DNA of 33,869 nt from an uncultured virus (IMG/VR IMGVR_UViG_3300020048_000025) (lineage: Duplodnaviria; Heunggongvirae; Uroviricota; Caudoviricetes), in IMG/VR virus record IMGVR_UViG_3300020048_000025; one strand, given 5' to 3'. Of the stretch, positions 1-8,413 are shown in pieces. Both the position numbers and the translations under genes were made by a program. Position 1 is the stretch's first letter; each line of letters starts with the position of its first letter. The notes beneath the pieces are model-generated. The model was not told the DNA's origin. It saw nothing but the letters and a program-made list of their open reading frames with translations, and ran no database searches.

Positions 1-285
1 AAATTCCGGTTGAATTATGAACCAATTCGAAATACATTGGCATACCATAAAGACTATCACTTCAAACCAGTGTGGGACGGTACTGAGGGAAACCTAGAGC
101 AAATTGAGGCCGCCCGAGTATTCCTAGACATACCAAAAAACAAAACATTCATCATGCCTGCAGGAGACAATCGAGACGAATTAATTCGTATGTATCCACT
201 TGTATTTGAAATGTGTACCCGTGAGGGATACAACATGACTGGCCGAGACCACATCATTGCATATAACAAAGAGCGCTACGTTTAA
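1..285 (+). CDS. queE: 7-carboxy-7-deazaguanine synthase (QueE-like radical SAM), C-terminal part, truncated by window edge
   Basis: Frame open from base 1; C-terminal pattern FKPV..., FIMPAG..., TGRDHIIAY resembles the QueE C-terminus; lies next to folE. The CxxxCxxC motif is outside the window. Confidence 0.72.
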   Translation, partial: KFRLNYEPIRNTLAYHKDYHFKPVWDGTEGNLEQIEAARVFLDIPKNKTFIMPAGDNRDELIRMYPLVFEMCTREGYNMTGRDHIIAYNKERYV

Positions 286-306
286 CCAATCAAATACAAC
301 CCAGTT

Positions 307-807
307 ATGAACGAATTAATAAGCAAAGCATCCCTCAACCACCACGTTAGAAAAATAGGCGCACTAATAACCAAAAAACACCAACCAGACATGAACAATG
401 TAGTGATGGTATGTTTGTTAAACGGTGCGTTTGTATTTTTCGCCGATTTAGTTAGACAAACTCACTTGAATATCCAGTGCGATTTCATGCGCGTTAAATC
501 ATACGATGGGCAGGAACAATCCGAGATACAAATACTCAAAGACATCGAAATGGATTTGGCTGGAAAACACGTGTATATCGTTGATGACTTTTACGATACG
601 GGCAATACTATGAACGCTGTTTACTCGCATTTAAAATCGCGTAATCCTGCGTCGTTAACGGCGGTTACTTTACTTAAACGCTACCGTTGTAAACGACCTA
701 CATACCCATTTATATATGGTATTGAAATTAAAAAAGACTGGGTGTTTGGATATGGTTTAGACAATATTGGATATTGTCGAAATTTATCGTCAATTTTCAA
801 AGTTTAA
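307..807 (+). CDS. hpt: Hypoxanthine/guanine phosphoribosyltransferase
   Basis: VCLLNGAFVFFADL, VKSY, PRPP loop VYIVDDFYDTGNT, WVFGYGLD, RNL. Confidence 0.92.
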   Translation: MNELISKASLNHHVRKIGALITKKHQPDMNNVVMVCLLNGAFVFFADLVRQTHLNIQCDFMRVKSYDGQEQSEIQILKDIEMDLAGKHVYIVDDFYDTGNTMNAVYSHLKSRNPASLTAVTLLKRYRCKRPTYPFIYGIEIKKDWVFGYGLDNIGYCRNLSSIFKV

Positions 808-808
808 T

Positions 809-837
809 TTGGATACCACAATTTAATTTAGTATATT
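809..837 (+). promoter_or_regulatory. Candidate promoter TTG-N20-TATATT
   Basis: TTG 809-811, TATATT 832-837; same spacing recurs at many intergenic sites. Confidence 0.6.
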
Positions 838-856
838 TACATAAAAATAGAAACAT

Positions 857-1567
857 ATGAGTAGAAACGAAAAGACAGTAAGAGTGGAAGATCTCGAAAT
901 TGCAACACCTGGATTTGCAAATGGTATTTCCACACAATTAAAAGCATTGCTAGACTCTGGTGAGCACCGTTCATTAAACGATGAAGAAAAAAGCGCCATC
1001 ATCGATGAGGCATCAGTACATTTTGGGAATTTCTTAACCGCATTGGGTTGTACATGGCAAGATGATCCGAATTCATCAAACACACCTAAAAGAGTTGCGA
1101 AAGCATATGTAAATGATTTATGGGCTGGTCGATACAACATCATGTCACCAGTTACATCATTCCCACATGACGGATACCAGGGCATCGTGCTTGAGAAAAA
1201 TATCGCATTAACCAGCCAATGTTCCCACCACCACCAAACAATCAAAGGCGTTGTGCATATTGCATATATCCCAGGAAAAGATGGGAAAGTGATAGGTTTA
1301 TCCAAACTTAACAGAACAGTTGAGTTATATGGTAGACGTGGAGCTATCCAAGAGCAATTAACCGTTGCAATCCATAACGCTATCAACAAAATATGCGAAG
1401 GTAATATTGGCGTAATGGTAGTAATTGACTCTGCACATAATTGTGTTTCGTGTAGGGGGGTGAAGCATTACGGTGCATCCATGGTTACCTCTGAGGTATC
1501 TGGTGTATTTGCTAACCATGAGAAAACAGCAAAGCAAGAAGTAATGGAAATGATTAAACTAAAATAA
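857..1567 (+). CDS. folE: GTP cyclohydrolase I
   Basis: TPKRVAKAY, SQCSHH, IAYIP, GLSKLNR, IQEQLT, HNCVSCRGV. Confidence 0.95.
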   Translation: MSRNEKTVRVEDLEIATPGFANGISTQLKALLDSGEHRSLNDEEKSAIIDEASVHFGNFLTALGCTWQDDPNSSNTPKRVAKAYVNDLWAGRYNIMSPVTSFPHDGYQGIVLEKNIALTSQCSHHHQTIKGVVHIAYIPGKDGKVIGLSKLNRTVELYGRRGAIQEQLTVAIHNAINKICEGNIGVMVVIDSAHNCVSCRGVKHYGASMVTSEVSGVFANHEKTAKQEVMEMIKLK

Positions 1568-1568
1568 T

Positions 1569-2126
1569 ATGAACAAAATATTTCAGCAATTAGCAGATTT
1601 CAGTGTAAACCTATTCAAACCAAACTACGTGCCATTTATCAGTGAAGTAGAAGAATTCAATACGTTAATGGGAAAAGAATGGCAGAACAGAACCACCCCA
1701 ACCATTAACCCAGATGACGCAAAGTTTGTTGTTGAATTTATCCAAGAAGAATTGGATGAACTGAAAGAAGCAGTGTCCACTAATGATATAGTGGGGATAT
1801 TCGATGCCCTTTTAGACATTACATATGTCTGTACGGGAAATGGTGCATTGGTATTCGGTTTGAAAGATAGATTTTTGGAAGGATACGCAGAGGTACAAGC
1901 ATCTAATTTATCCAAAATATGTATGAGCGAAGAAGACGCCATCGAAACGGTTAAAGTACGTTCAAAGCAGCAGGGTCGCCCATGCCACTACGAGAAAGTA
2001 GGAGACGGCTATGTTGTATATCGCGATGATATGAAAGTCATGAAAAACATAAAATATTTCAGCCCAAACTTAACACAATTTTTCACCCAAGACGAACTTA
2101 GTAAATTTAATTCAAAAACAAAATAA
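1569..2126 (+). CDS. MazG-like all-alpha NTP pyrophosphohydrolase (PRA-PH/DR2231-like)
   Basis: IQEELDEL...DALLDITYV acidic motif, EVQASNLSK, KVMK...YFSPNL. Confidence 0.8.
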   Translation: MNKIFQQLADFSVNLFKPNYVPFISEVEEFNTLMGKEWQNRTTPTINPDDAKFVVEFIQEELDELKEAVSTNDIVGIFDALLDITYVCTGNGALVFGLKDRFLEGYAEVQASNLSKICMSEEDAIETVKVRSKQQGRPCHYEKVGDGYVVYRDDMKVMKNIKYFSPNLTQFFTQDELSKFNSKTK

Positions 2127-2369
2127 ATGAGAACAGCACCACAAATTTTATCAGACTTGAGACATACAACAGAATGGTCTCAACCAAACGTAAGATACAA
2201 TGAATTCATTACATTAATCGATGAGTTGGAAGCCGTATTGGATGGAGTTAAAACCACAATCGACAAAGCAGAGAAACCTACACCAGTAGAAACAGTAGTT
2301 GAAGTAGTAGCAGAGGTAGTGGAGGTAACTGAAACACCTAAAGCAAAAGCAACAACTGCTAAAAAATAA
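2127..2369 (+). CDS. Hypothetical protein with V/E/T/K-rich tail
   Basis: Starts immediately after the upstream stop; 80 aa. Confidence 0.65.
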   Translation: MRTAPQILSDLRHTTEWSQPNVRYNEFITLIDELEAVLDGVKTTIDKAEKPTPVETVVEVVAEVVEVTETPKAKATTAKK

Positions 2370-2388
2370 TTCCCCCCACAATCCCATC

Positions 2389-2425
2389 AAAAGCTTGGCT
2401 CCGCCAGGCTTTCTTTGTATATTCC
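2389..2425 (+). promoter_or_regulatory. 37-bp hairpin (terminator-like) plus promoter module, copy 1
   Basis: AAAAGCTTGGC-TCC-GCCAGGCTTTCTTTGTATATTCC; TTG 2395-2397, TATATT 2418-2423. Confidence 0.8.
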
Positions 2426-2440
2426 AATAAAATCAAAGTT

Positions 2441-4294
2441 ATGTTTCAAAGTGTATATTTTTCACGCAACGGAGAAGACGCATACCACTACTTTCTCCGC
2501 GATGACAAGGGTGGCATAAACAAATTCCAGTACCGCCCAACCGTATATAAGTTAGACGAATATGGTGAGCATACAACCCTATTTGGAGACAAGTGTTCCC
2601 CCATTTCCGGCAAATACGATTGGAAAGATCCAACCATACTGGAGAAAGACATAGACAAAGAACTCGTTTTGTTGCGAGATTTATACTATGAGACAGACGA
2701 TATGCCATCCTACCACAACCTGGTATACCTGGATATCGAGATTGAAATCATCGGCGCACTTAACCCAACCACCATACGAGAGGCAAACGCTGAGGTAACC
2801 GCTATTGCTTTAATTGATGCAACAACCAAGGAAAAAATATGTTTTATCTTAGACAAGAAAAACCAAATTGAGGAGTTGTCAGCAGACGGTAAAACAATCA
2901 TTCCATGTATCGATGAAAATACACTGTTGCGCAAATTTTTAAACAAATGGGAACAAATGGATCCAACCATATGCGTTGGCTTCAACTCGGATTATTTCGA
3001 TATACCATACCTATACTACCGTATTAAGAAACGTTTGGGTGATGAAGTATATCGTTTATCCCCAGTTGGTAAAATCGACGAGAACCCAAACAACCCAAAC
3101 TCACCAATTAAAATTGGTCTAGTTAACTGTTTGGACTTCATGTTGCTACTTAAGAAATACATCATGAAGGAGGAACCGTCGTACAAATTGGGCGACATAG
3201 GCACCAAATACGCTAAACTGGGCAAAATTGAGTACAACGGTAATCTGGATACATTGTTCCGTGAGGATCCAAACACATACATAGACTACAACATTCGCGA
3301 TGTTGAAATACTGGAAGCGTTGGAAGACAAACTGAAATTCATTGACCTGACTATACTACTCTCTCATTTATGCCACACACCATATGAATCAATATACTTC
3401 AACACCATATTGAACGAGGGGGCCATATTAACTTACCTGAAAAGAAACAATATAGTTGCACCAAATAAACCAACCACCACTAACCCCAGCATTAAAGAAA
3501 TTGAGGTGGGGGATTTGGTAGTACACCAACGTGGTACACCAACTATTGAAGGACATATTTACAGCATTGAGGGGCATAATGTAATAGTAAAAACTATTGC
3601 TGGCTCGTTCATTCAACGAAATCTTCGAACCATTAAACGCAAAGAGGGGTATGCCGGTGGATTTTTGCTAGACCCTAAACCTGGAAGATATGAGTGGATA
3701 TACGATGAGGACGTAACCAGTATGTATCCGTTCATAATGATATCATTAAATATGGGAGTGGAAACACTAGTTGGTAGAATGGTGATAGATAGACCCAATT
3801 ATAATTGTTGGAATAGTTTAGTTGAAATGGAGGAAATGGCCATTGAGACACCCGATCGAATTGTTGAAGTTGAGTTGTTAGATAAAAAGAAGTATATTCT
3901 TAAACGCAAATCTATACCCATAAAAAAATTAGTGGGAGCCATAAAAGACAATAAATGGGCAGTATCAGCCAATGGGGTGTTTTTCCGTACAGACATAAAA
4001 AGCTCGGTTGCTGAAATACTTGAAAACGGGTTCAATATCCGGAAAGACTACAAAAACAAAATGAAAGAAGCCCACAAGGCTGGTGACCATGCAAAACAAT
4101 CCTTGTATATGAATTATCAAATGGTTTATAAAATATTCATTAATGGAAATTATGGTACGAACGGCATCAACTCGTACCGCTTCACTGATGGATATAAAAT
4201 AATATCCAGTGCCATCACAACAACAGGACAGCGTACTATTCAAGAATCCATAAGATATATCAATAATGAAATTAAAAAAGAAATAGATTCATAA
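2441..4294 (+). CDS. polB: Family B DNA polymerase (gp43-like), N-terminal part: exonuclease, motif A, fingers/motif B
   Basis: ExoI YLDIEIE, ExoII GFNSDYFDIPY, ExoIII YNIRDV, YAGGF, motif A DVTSMYP, motif B KIFINGNYG, AITTTGQ; lacks DTDS. Confidence 0.93.
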   Translation: MFQSVYFSRNGEDAYHYFLRDDKGGINKFQYRPTVYKLDEYGEHTTLFGDKCSPISGKYDWKDPTILEKDIDKELVLLRDLYYETDDMPSYHNLVYLDIEIEIIGALNPTTIREANAEVTAIALIDATTKEKICFILDKKNQIEELSADGKTIIPCIDENTLLRKFLNKWEQMDPTICVGFNSDYFDIPYLYYRIKKRLGDEVYRLSPVGKIDENPNNPNSPIKIGLVNCLDFMLLLKKYIMKEEPSYKLGDIGTKYAKLGKIEYNGNLDTLFREDPNTYIDYNIRDVEILEALEDKLKFIDLTILLSHLCHTPYESIYFNTILNEGAILTYLKRNNIVAPNKPTTTNPSIKEIEVGDLVVHQRGTPTIEGHIYSIEGHNVIVKTIAGSFIQRNLRTIKRKEGYAGGFLLDPKPGRYEWIYDEDVTSMYPFIMISLNMGVETLVGRMVIDRPNYNCWNSLVEMEEMAIETPDRIVEVELLDKKKYILKRKSIPIKKLVGAIKDNKWAVSANGVFFRTDIKSSVAEILENGFNIRKDYKNKMKEAHKAGDHAKQSLYMNYQMVYKIFINGNYGTNGINSYRFTDGYKIISSAITTTGQRTIQESIRYINNEIKKEIDS

Positions 4295-4302
4295 TATGTA
4301 TA
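4293..4302 (+). promoter_or_regulatory. Candidate late-type promoter AATATGTATA upstream of the endonuclease
   Basis: TAATATGTATAA at 4292-4303 is identical to 7132-7143. Confidence 0.4.
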
Positions 4303-4339
4303 ACCGTACAATGTATTTATTTACATCTAAATCTTTCAT

Positions 4340-5452
4340 ATGGTTAAAATAACAACAAACGATTATATAAACCGAGTAAAACCTAAACATTCCATTCAAT
4401 ACGACTATTCTAAAACAGTATACAATGGTTTGAAAAACGATTTAACAGTAATATGTCCAACTCATGGTGAATTTATAGTTTCCGCTAATGGACACGATAG
4501 GTTAGGTCATGGATGTGTTAAATGTACCGGTATAGGTAAAATTGAAAATCCTCTAGAATTTTTCATTGAGCGTGCTCATGAAACTCATAATCACAAATAT
4601 GATTATTCTGGCATAACTGAATACAATGGTGTCATGAAAAAATATCCGGTGATATGTCCTGACCATGGAATGTGGGAGGTATCTTTAGATAACCATATTA
4701 ATAAAAAATCGTCATGTCCAAAATGCAAGGGAAGATCATTGTCTTATCTGGAAAAAATTGAATATGCTAAGACAGTCCATGGTGATTCATATGATTATTC
4801 ATTAATAACTAAAAATTTCAACTCAAACCAGAAAGTACCCATTGTATGCCCAGAACATGGCATGTTCAAACAACTATGGACTAATCATGTGCACCAGATG
4901 CAGGGATGTCCTCAATGTAATATTTGCGGTAGAAAACCTGTATCTTTAGATGAATTAAAACGAAGAACATACGCATTAAATACTGGGTATGAATATGATT
5001 GGGATTCTTATATGGGATATGCTGATAATCAATTTAAAATTAAATGTAATAAACATGGGTGGTTTACTCAACAACTTTCCAATCATTTACAGGGTCAAAA
5101 ATGTCCTAAATGCAAAGCAAGTAAAGGAGAGGAATCGTTAAGAACACTGTTAACCTTAAAAAACATTCCGTATATTGAACAAAAGACATTTGATTTATGT
5201 AGAAATCCTAAAACCAATACACTTTTAAGATTTGATTTTTATATTCCCCATTTAAATTTATGTATAGAATATGATGGTGAATTTCATTTCAAACCAGTTA
5301 AATTTTTTGGTGGTGTTAAATCATACGAAAAACAAGTGTTCTTAGATGGTGTAAAAAACGAATTTTGCAAAAACAATAACATTAACCTAATTCGTATATC
5401 TTTTACTCAATTCAATGACATTGAATCAATATTAAATAATTTAGTTATATGA
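4340..5452 (+). CDS. Putative free-standing homing endonuclease: four zinc-binding repeats (DUF723-like) plus C-terminal Vsr/DUF559-like PD-(D/E)xK domain
   Basis: Four YxY...CxxHG...H...CxxC repeats; SKGE, RFDFYIP, IEYDGEFHF, D..KNEFC..NNINLIRI. Confidence 0.82.
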   Translation: MVKITTNDYINRVKPKHSIQYDYSKTVYNGLKNDLTVICPTHGEFIVSANGHDRLGHGCVKCTGIGKIENPLEFFIERAHETHNHKYDYSGITEYNGVMKKYPVICPDHGMWEVSLDNHINKKSSCPKCKGRSLSYLEKIEYAKTVHGDSYDYSLITKNFNSNQKVPIVCPEHGMFKQLWTNHVHQMQGCPQCNICGRKPVSLDELKRRTYALNTGYEYDWDSYMGYADNQFKIKCNKHGWFTQQLSNHLQGQKCPKCKASKGEESLRTLLTLKNIPYIEQKTFDLCRNPKTNTLLRFDFYIPHLNLCIEYDGEFHFKPVKFFGGVKSYEKQVFLDGVKNEFCKNNNINLIRISFTQFNDIESILNNLVI

Positions 5453-6354
5453 AATTTGATATATATGAACATAGTGACTTTTGCATAGCATCAGACACGG
5501 ATAGTTGTTTCTTCGAAGCCACCCCCCAACTCAAAAAAAGGTTGGGTGACAAATACTATGAACTGCCAGATGATGTACTTACCCAAGAAGTACAAAATAT
5601 AGCTGAAGAAAATTCAGACAAAATCAACACCCACCTCAATACCCTATCCCAAACATTATTCAATGTACCCAGGAATAGAATTGAATTTAAAACCGAAACC
5701 ATAATCAAATCAGCATATTGGTCCGGTAAACGCAGGTATGCCCAATATATTGTAAATAAAGAAGGTATCCCAACAGAAGAATTCGATATCAAAGGCCTCG
5801 ACCTAATGAAATCAAACTTCCCCCCACTGTTCCGCAACTTCGGCGAGAAGGTAATCAAGGATATACTATTTGGTAAATCAAAAGAAGACATAGACCGTGA
5901 CGTACTCGAATTCAAAGCATCCCTAAATACAATAGACTGGAAACACCTACTCAAACCAACCGGGCTGAAAAAATTGGGAGAATATATTGAACGCGCACCT
6001 ATGCCAGGTGAGTTATTCTCGGCACTCAAGAAAAAATGTCCGGTCAACACTAAAGCCGCCATCATCACGAATGATTTCATTCGGTTCAAGAAACAATCCG
6101 CAAAATACCCAGAATTTTCACTTGGAGACAAAATGTACTATGCGCAACTCAAACCAAACCCATATAAAATCGAAGTAATTGGGTTCAATGGCTACAACGA
6201 CATGCCAGAAATAACCGAAATCATAAACAAATACATCGACCGTGAAGGTCTATTCGATTCAATTATGCGAAATAAGCTACAAACATTGTATTCAGATATA
6301 GGTTGGGACCTAAAACTCAATACATTCATTGATGATTTCTTCAGCTTTGGCTAG
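5449..6354 (+). CDS. polB: Family B DNA polymerase, C-terminal part: motif C palm and thumb
   Basis: IASDTDSCF, GKRRYA, IKGLDLMKSN; C-terminal DDFFSF resembles a clamp-binding peptide; ATGA overlap with the endonuclease stop. Confidence 0.93.
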   Translation: MKFDIYEHSDFCIASDTDSCFFEATPQLKKRLGDKYYELPDDVLTQEVQNIAEENSDKINTHLNTLSQTLFNVPRNRIEFKTETIIKSAYWSGKRRYAQYIVNKEGIPTEEFDIKGLDLMKSNFPPLFRNFGEKVIKDILFGKSKEDIDRDVLEFKASLNTIDWKHLLKPTGLKKLGEYIERAPMPGELFSALKKKCPVNTKAAIITNDFIRFKKQSAKYPEFSLGDKMYYAQLKPNPYKIEVIGFNGYNDMPEITEIINKYIDREGLFDSIMRNKLQTLYSDIGWDLKLNTFIDDFFSFG

Positions 6355-6380
6355 GATACCCAATTTCCCATTCGTATATT
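6352..6380 (+). promoter_or_regulatory. Candidate promoter variant TAG-N20-TATATT
   Basis: TTCGTATATT 6371-6380; GGATACC also found in the 809-837 promoter. Confidence 0.5.
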
Positions 6381-6399
6381 ATATTCAAAAATAAGTTAT

Positions 6400-7134
6400 A
6401 TGGTAAATAAATTAATATTCAAATCAGTCATAGACAAATATCATTTAGGTGAAAATGAATCTGTCAAATGGATCACTCGCAACAAGCAACTCACAATCGA
6501 TTTCATGTCCTTAAGCAAGGAGGTAATCGGTAGAGTAGTACACGATGGATTTGATCTAGAGGATAGTGATTTAGCCATATTTGACACGAAAAAACTACTT
6601 AACTTAATTAGCATAACTTCAGGTGATTTACTTCTAACTCTAGAAAAAAACAAATCTGTATTCACCAAACTCCATTTGGCCGACAATGCGTTTAACTTAA
6701 CGTATGCATTAGCAGACCCCCTCCTCATAGGCAAAGTCGGCACGGTAAATTCACCTGAATGGGATGCTACAGCTACGTTAGAAAAAGAAGACATTTTCAA
6801 TTTAGTCAAAGCAAAAAGTGCTTTGGGTGATGTAAACAACATGCTTATCTCAACTGGAGAAGATGCAAACGGCGACAACATTATCCTATTTACATTTGGC
6901 GATGAAAATGGCCACAACAACAAAATCACATACCAGGTATACGCTGACATAACCCCATCGGATATTTCCATCCCATTCAACTCGGATGCATTCCGTAACA
7001 TATTACACGTTAACAAGGACATGGAGGAAGGCAAAATGTATTTGAGTTACAAGGGGTTGATGAAACTCGAATTCAAATCACCCAATTCATCCAGTGAGTA
7101 TCATTTAATTCGAAAAGAAAAAACTACATTTTAA
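6400..7134 (+). CDS. DNA sliding clamp (gp45-like)
   Basis: 244 aa beta-rich protein directly after polB; IPFN..F..IL and KGLMKLEF..SEYHL C-terminal pattern; clamp loader nearby. Confidence 0.72.
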   Translation: MVNKLIFKSVIDKYHLGENESVKWITRNKQLTIDFMSLSKEVIGRVVHDGFDLEDSDLAIFDTKKLLNLISITSGDLLLTLEKNKSVFTKLHLADNAFNLTYALADPLLIGKVGTVNSPEWDATATLEKEDIFNLVKAKSALGDVNNMLISTGEDANGDNIILFTFGDENGHNNKITYQVYADITPSDISIPFNSDAFRNILHVNKDMEEGKMYLSYKGLMKLEFKSPNSSSEYHLIRKEKTTF

Positions 7135-7182
7135 TATGTATAATCAAATAAATTTGGCTTAGCCAATAGGTTTTCGTATATT
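7133..7182 (+). promoter_or_regulatory. Tandem candidate promoters: late-type AATATGTATA, then TTG-N20-TATATT with TTGGC-TTA-GCCAA mini-hairpin
   Basis: AATATGTATA 7133-7142; TTG 7154-7156; TATATT 7177-7182. Confidence 0.6.
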
Positions 7183-7205
7183 CAGTTATAATTTAAAATA
7201 TAGTT

Positions 7206-7574
7206 ATGGTAGAAACAACAACTAAACGCAAGGGCCGTCCGGCTCGTGACACAAACAACGTAGACACTCAATCAAACGTGTGTATTATCACGGATCCTGC
7301 AATGGAACCATTTTACATTTCAAAAGACAATTCAAATTTCACCGTAATCGAAAAAACCACAGTTAAACGTGGATTCAGAGGTGCTGTTGCATCTGGGAAA
7401 GACACTGAAAATGTAATTGGATACTATAGCAGCTTCAAAAATGCCCTAAATGCAATCGCAAAACAAAAATTCTATGTAAACAAAGGGCAGTATTCCACAA
7501 TCAAGGAATACATCGACACATGGAATGAAGTAAAAGAAGGAATCAATAATTTATTAAACAAAGTAGAAATATGA
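7206..7574 (+). CDS. Hypothetical protein with AT-hook-like KRKGRPAR
   Basis: Promoter and GTTATG start context; overlaps groES start (ATGA). Confidence 0.7.
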   Translation: MVETTTKRKGRPARDTNNVDTQSNVCIITDPAMEPFYISKDNSNFTVIEKTTVKRGFRGAVASGKDTENVIGYYSSFKNALNAIAKQKFYVNKGQYSTIKEYIDTWNEVKEGINNLLNKVEI

Positions 7575-7870
7575 GCAATGAAATAATTTTCGAACCTCTA
7601 TTTGACGCAGTTATCGTTAAACCATTAGAGACAGAAGAAACAATGTATGGCTCTATCGTAGTACCAGACGCTGGTAAAGATAGAAACCCAAAAGGAACAG
7701 TAGTAGCAGTTGGACCAGGTTCACACACCGTAACTGGAACATTCATCGAAACCGTACTGAAAATAGGTGATGTTGTAGTGTTACCAACACAAGGTTTCAC
7801 TAAAATCGAGCACGATGGTGTAGAGTATTTTGTAGGTAATGAAAAAACAGTTCTGTCTAAAATTAAATAA
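7571..7870 (+). CDS. groES: Co-chaperonin GroES
   Basis: PLFDAVIVKP, GSIVVPD, GTVVAVGPG, LKIGDVV. Confidence 0.93.
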   Translation: MSNEIIFEPLFDAVIVKPLETEETMYGSIVVPDAGKDRNPKGTVVAVGPGSHTVTGTFIETVLKIGDVVVLPTQGFTKIEHDGVEYFVGNEKTVLSKIK

Positions 7871-7882
7871 AGTTATATGAGT
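7859..7882 (+). repeat. 24-bp direct repeat, left copy
   Basis: AAAATTAAATAAAGTTATATGAGT, identical at 8390-8413. Confidence 0.9.
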
Positions 7883-8401
7883 GTGCTTGTAGAATATATT
7901 GCATTGTTTAAACAGATAATCAATGAAGTAGGTGATTTAGAAGGGTTAAATGCATTCCCGTTCAAAAAAATATCTTCAGACAAATATTCATTTACAACAC
8001 CAAATAATGAAATTATTGACGTTAGATTTACCCCTGTATTATCAAATATAATTAAACCTGAACTTCCTGAATTTAAAGTAATCAATGTTGGTTTTACAGT
8101 AAATGGAAATGATTCTCAACATAGTAAAAATGAAGGGGGGTACTTATTAGTTATGCTTAAAACTGTGTTTGATATAACAATGGAGTACATTCAAAATAAC
8201 AACCCATCCCATTTATTCATTAGTGGTACTAATAAGGATATAGACAATTCTATAATATCATGGGATAAACAAAAAACAGAACTATATCAAGCCATAGTAA
8301 TCAAAAACCTCCATAAACTCCCGGGCAACTGGAAATATGAAATTATTTACAATGCGTTAGGAATTGAAGGTAAATCACTATTAATATCCAAAATTAAATA
8401 A
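7877..8401 (+). CDS. Hypothetical protein inserted between groES and groEL
   Basis: 174 aa, AT-rich codons, flanked by 24-bp direct repeats; resembles 19358..20014. Confidence 0.78.
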   Translation: MSVLVEYIALFKQIINEVGDLEGLNAFPFKKISSDKYSFTTPNNEIIDVRFTPVLSNIIKPELPEFKVINVGFTVNGNDSQHSKNEGGYLLVMLKTVFDITMEYIQNNNPSHLFISGTNKDIDNSIISWDKQKTELYQAIVIKNLHKLPGNWKYEIIYNALGIEGKSLLISKIK

Positions 8402-8413
8402 AGTTATATGAGT
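8390..8413 (+). repeat. 24-bp direct repeat, right copy
   Basis: Identical to 7859-7882. Confidence 0.9.

Noticed and set aside
4295..5448. Group I intron interrupting polB
   Set aside because: Only 45 nt of non-coding sequence on the 5' side and none on the 3' side; no recognisable P7 core; the second fragment has its own typical start context. Not formally excluded without a covariance-model search.
4292..5451. Ribosomal bypass or stop-codon readthrough joining the polymerase halves
   Set aside because: The gap exceeds 1.1 kb and contains a full gene. TAA, TAG and TGA all end genes normally here, so there is no sign of recoding.
5449..5505. Split-intein C-fragment (FDIYEH..F.IASD/TDS loosely resembles DnaE-c ends)
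   Set aside because: The first ORF has no N-intein, and IASDTDS is, as I recall, an ordinary motif C variant in marine T4-like gp43 proteins.
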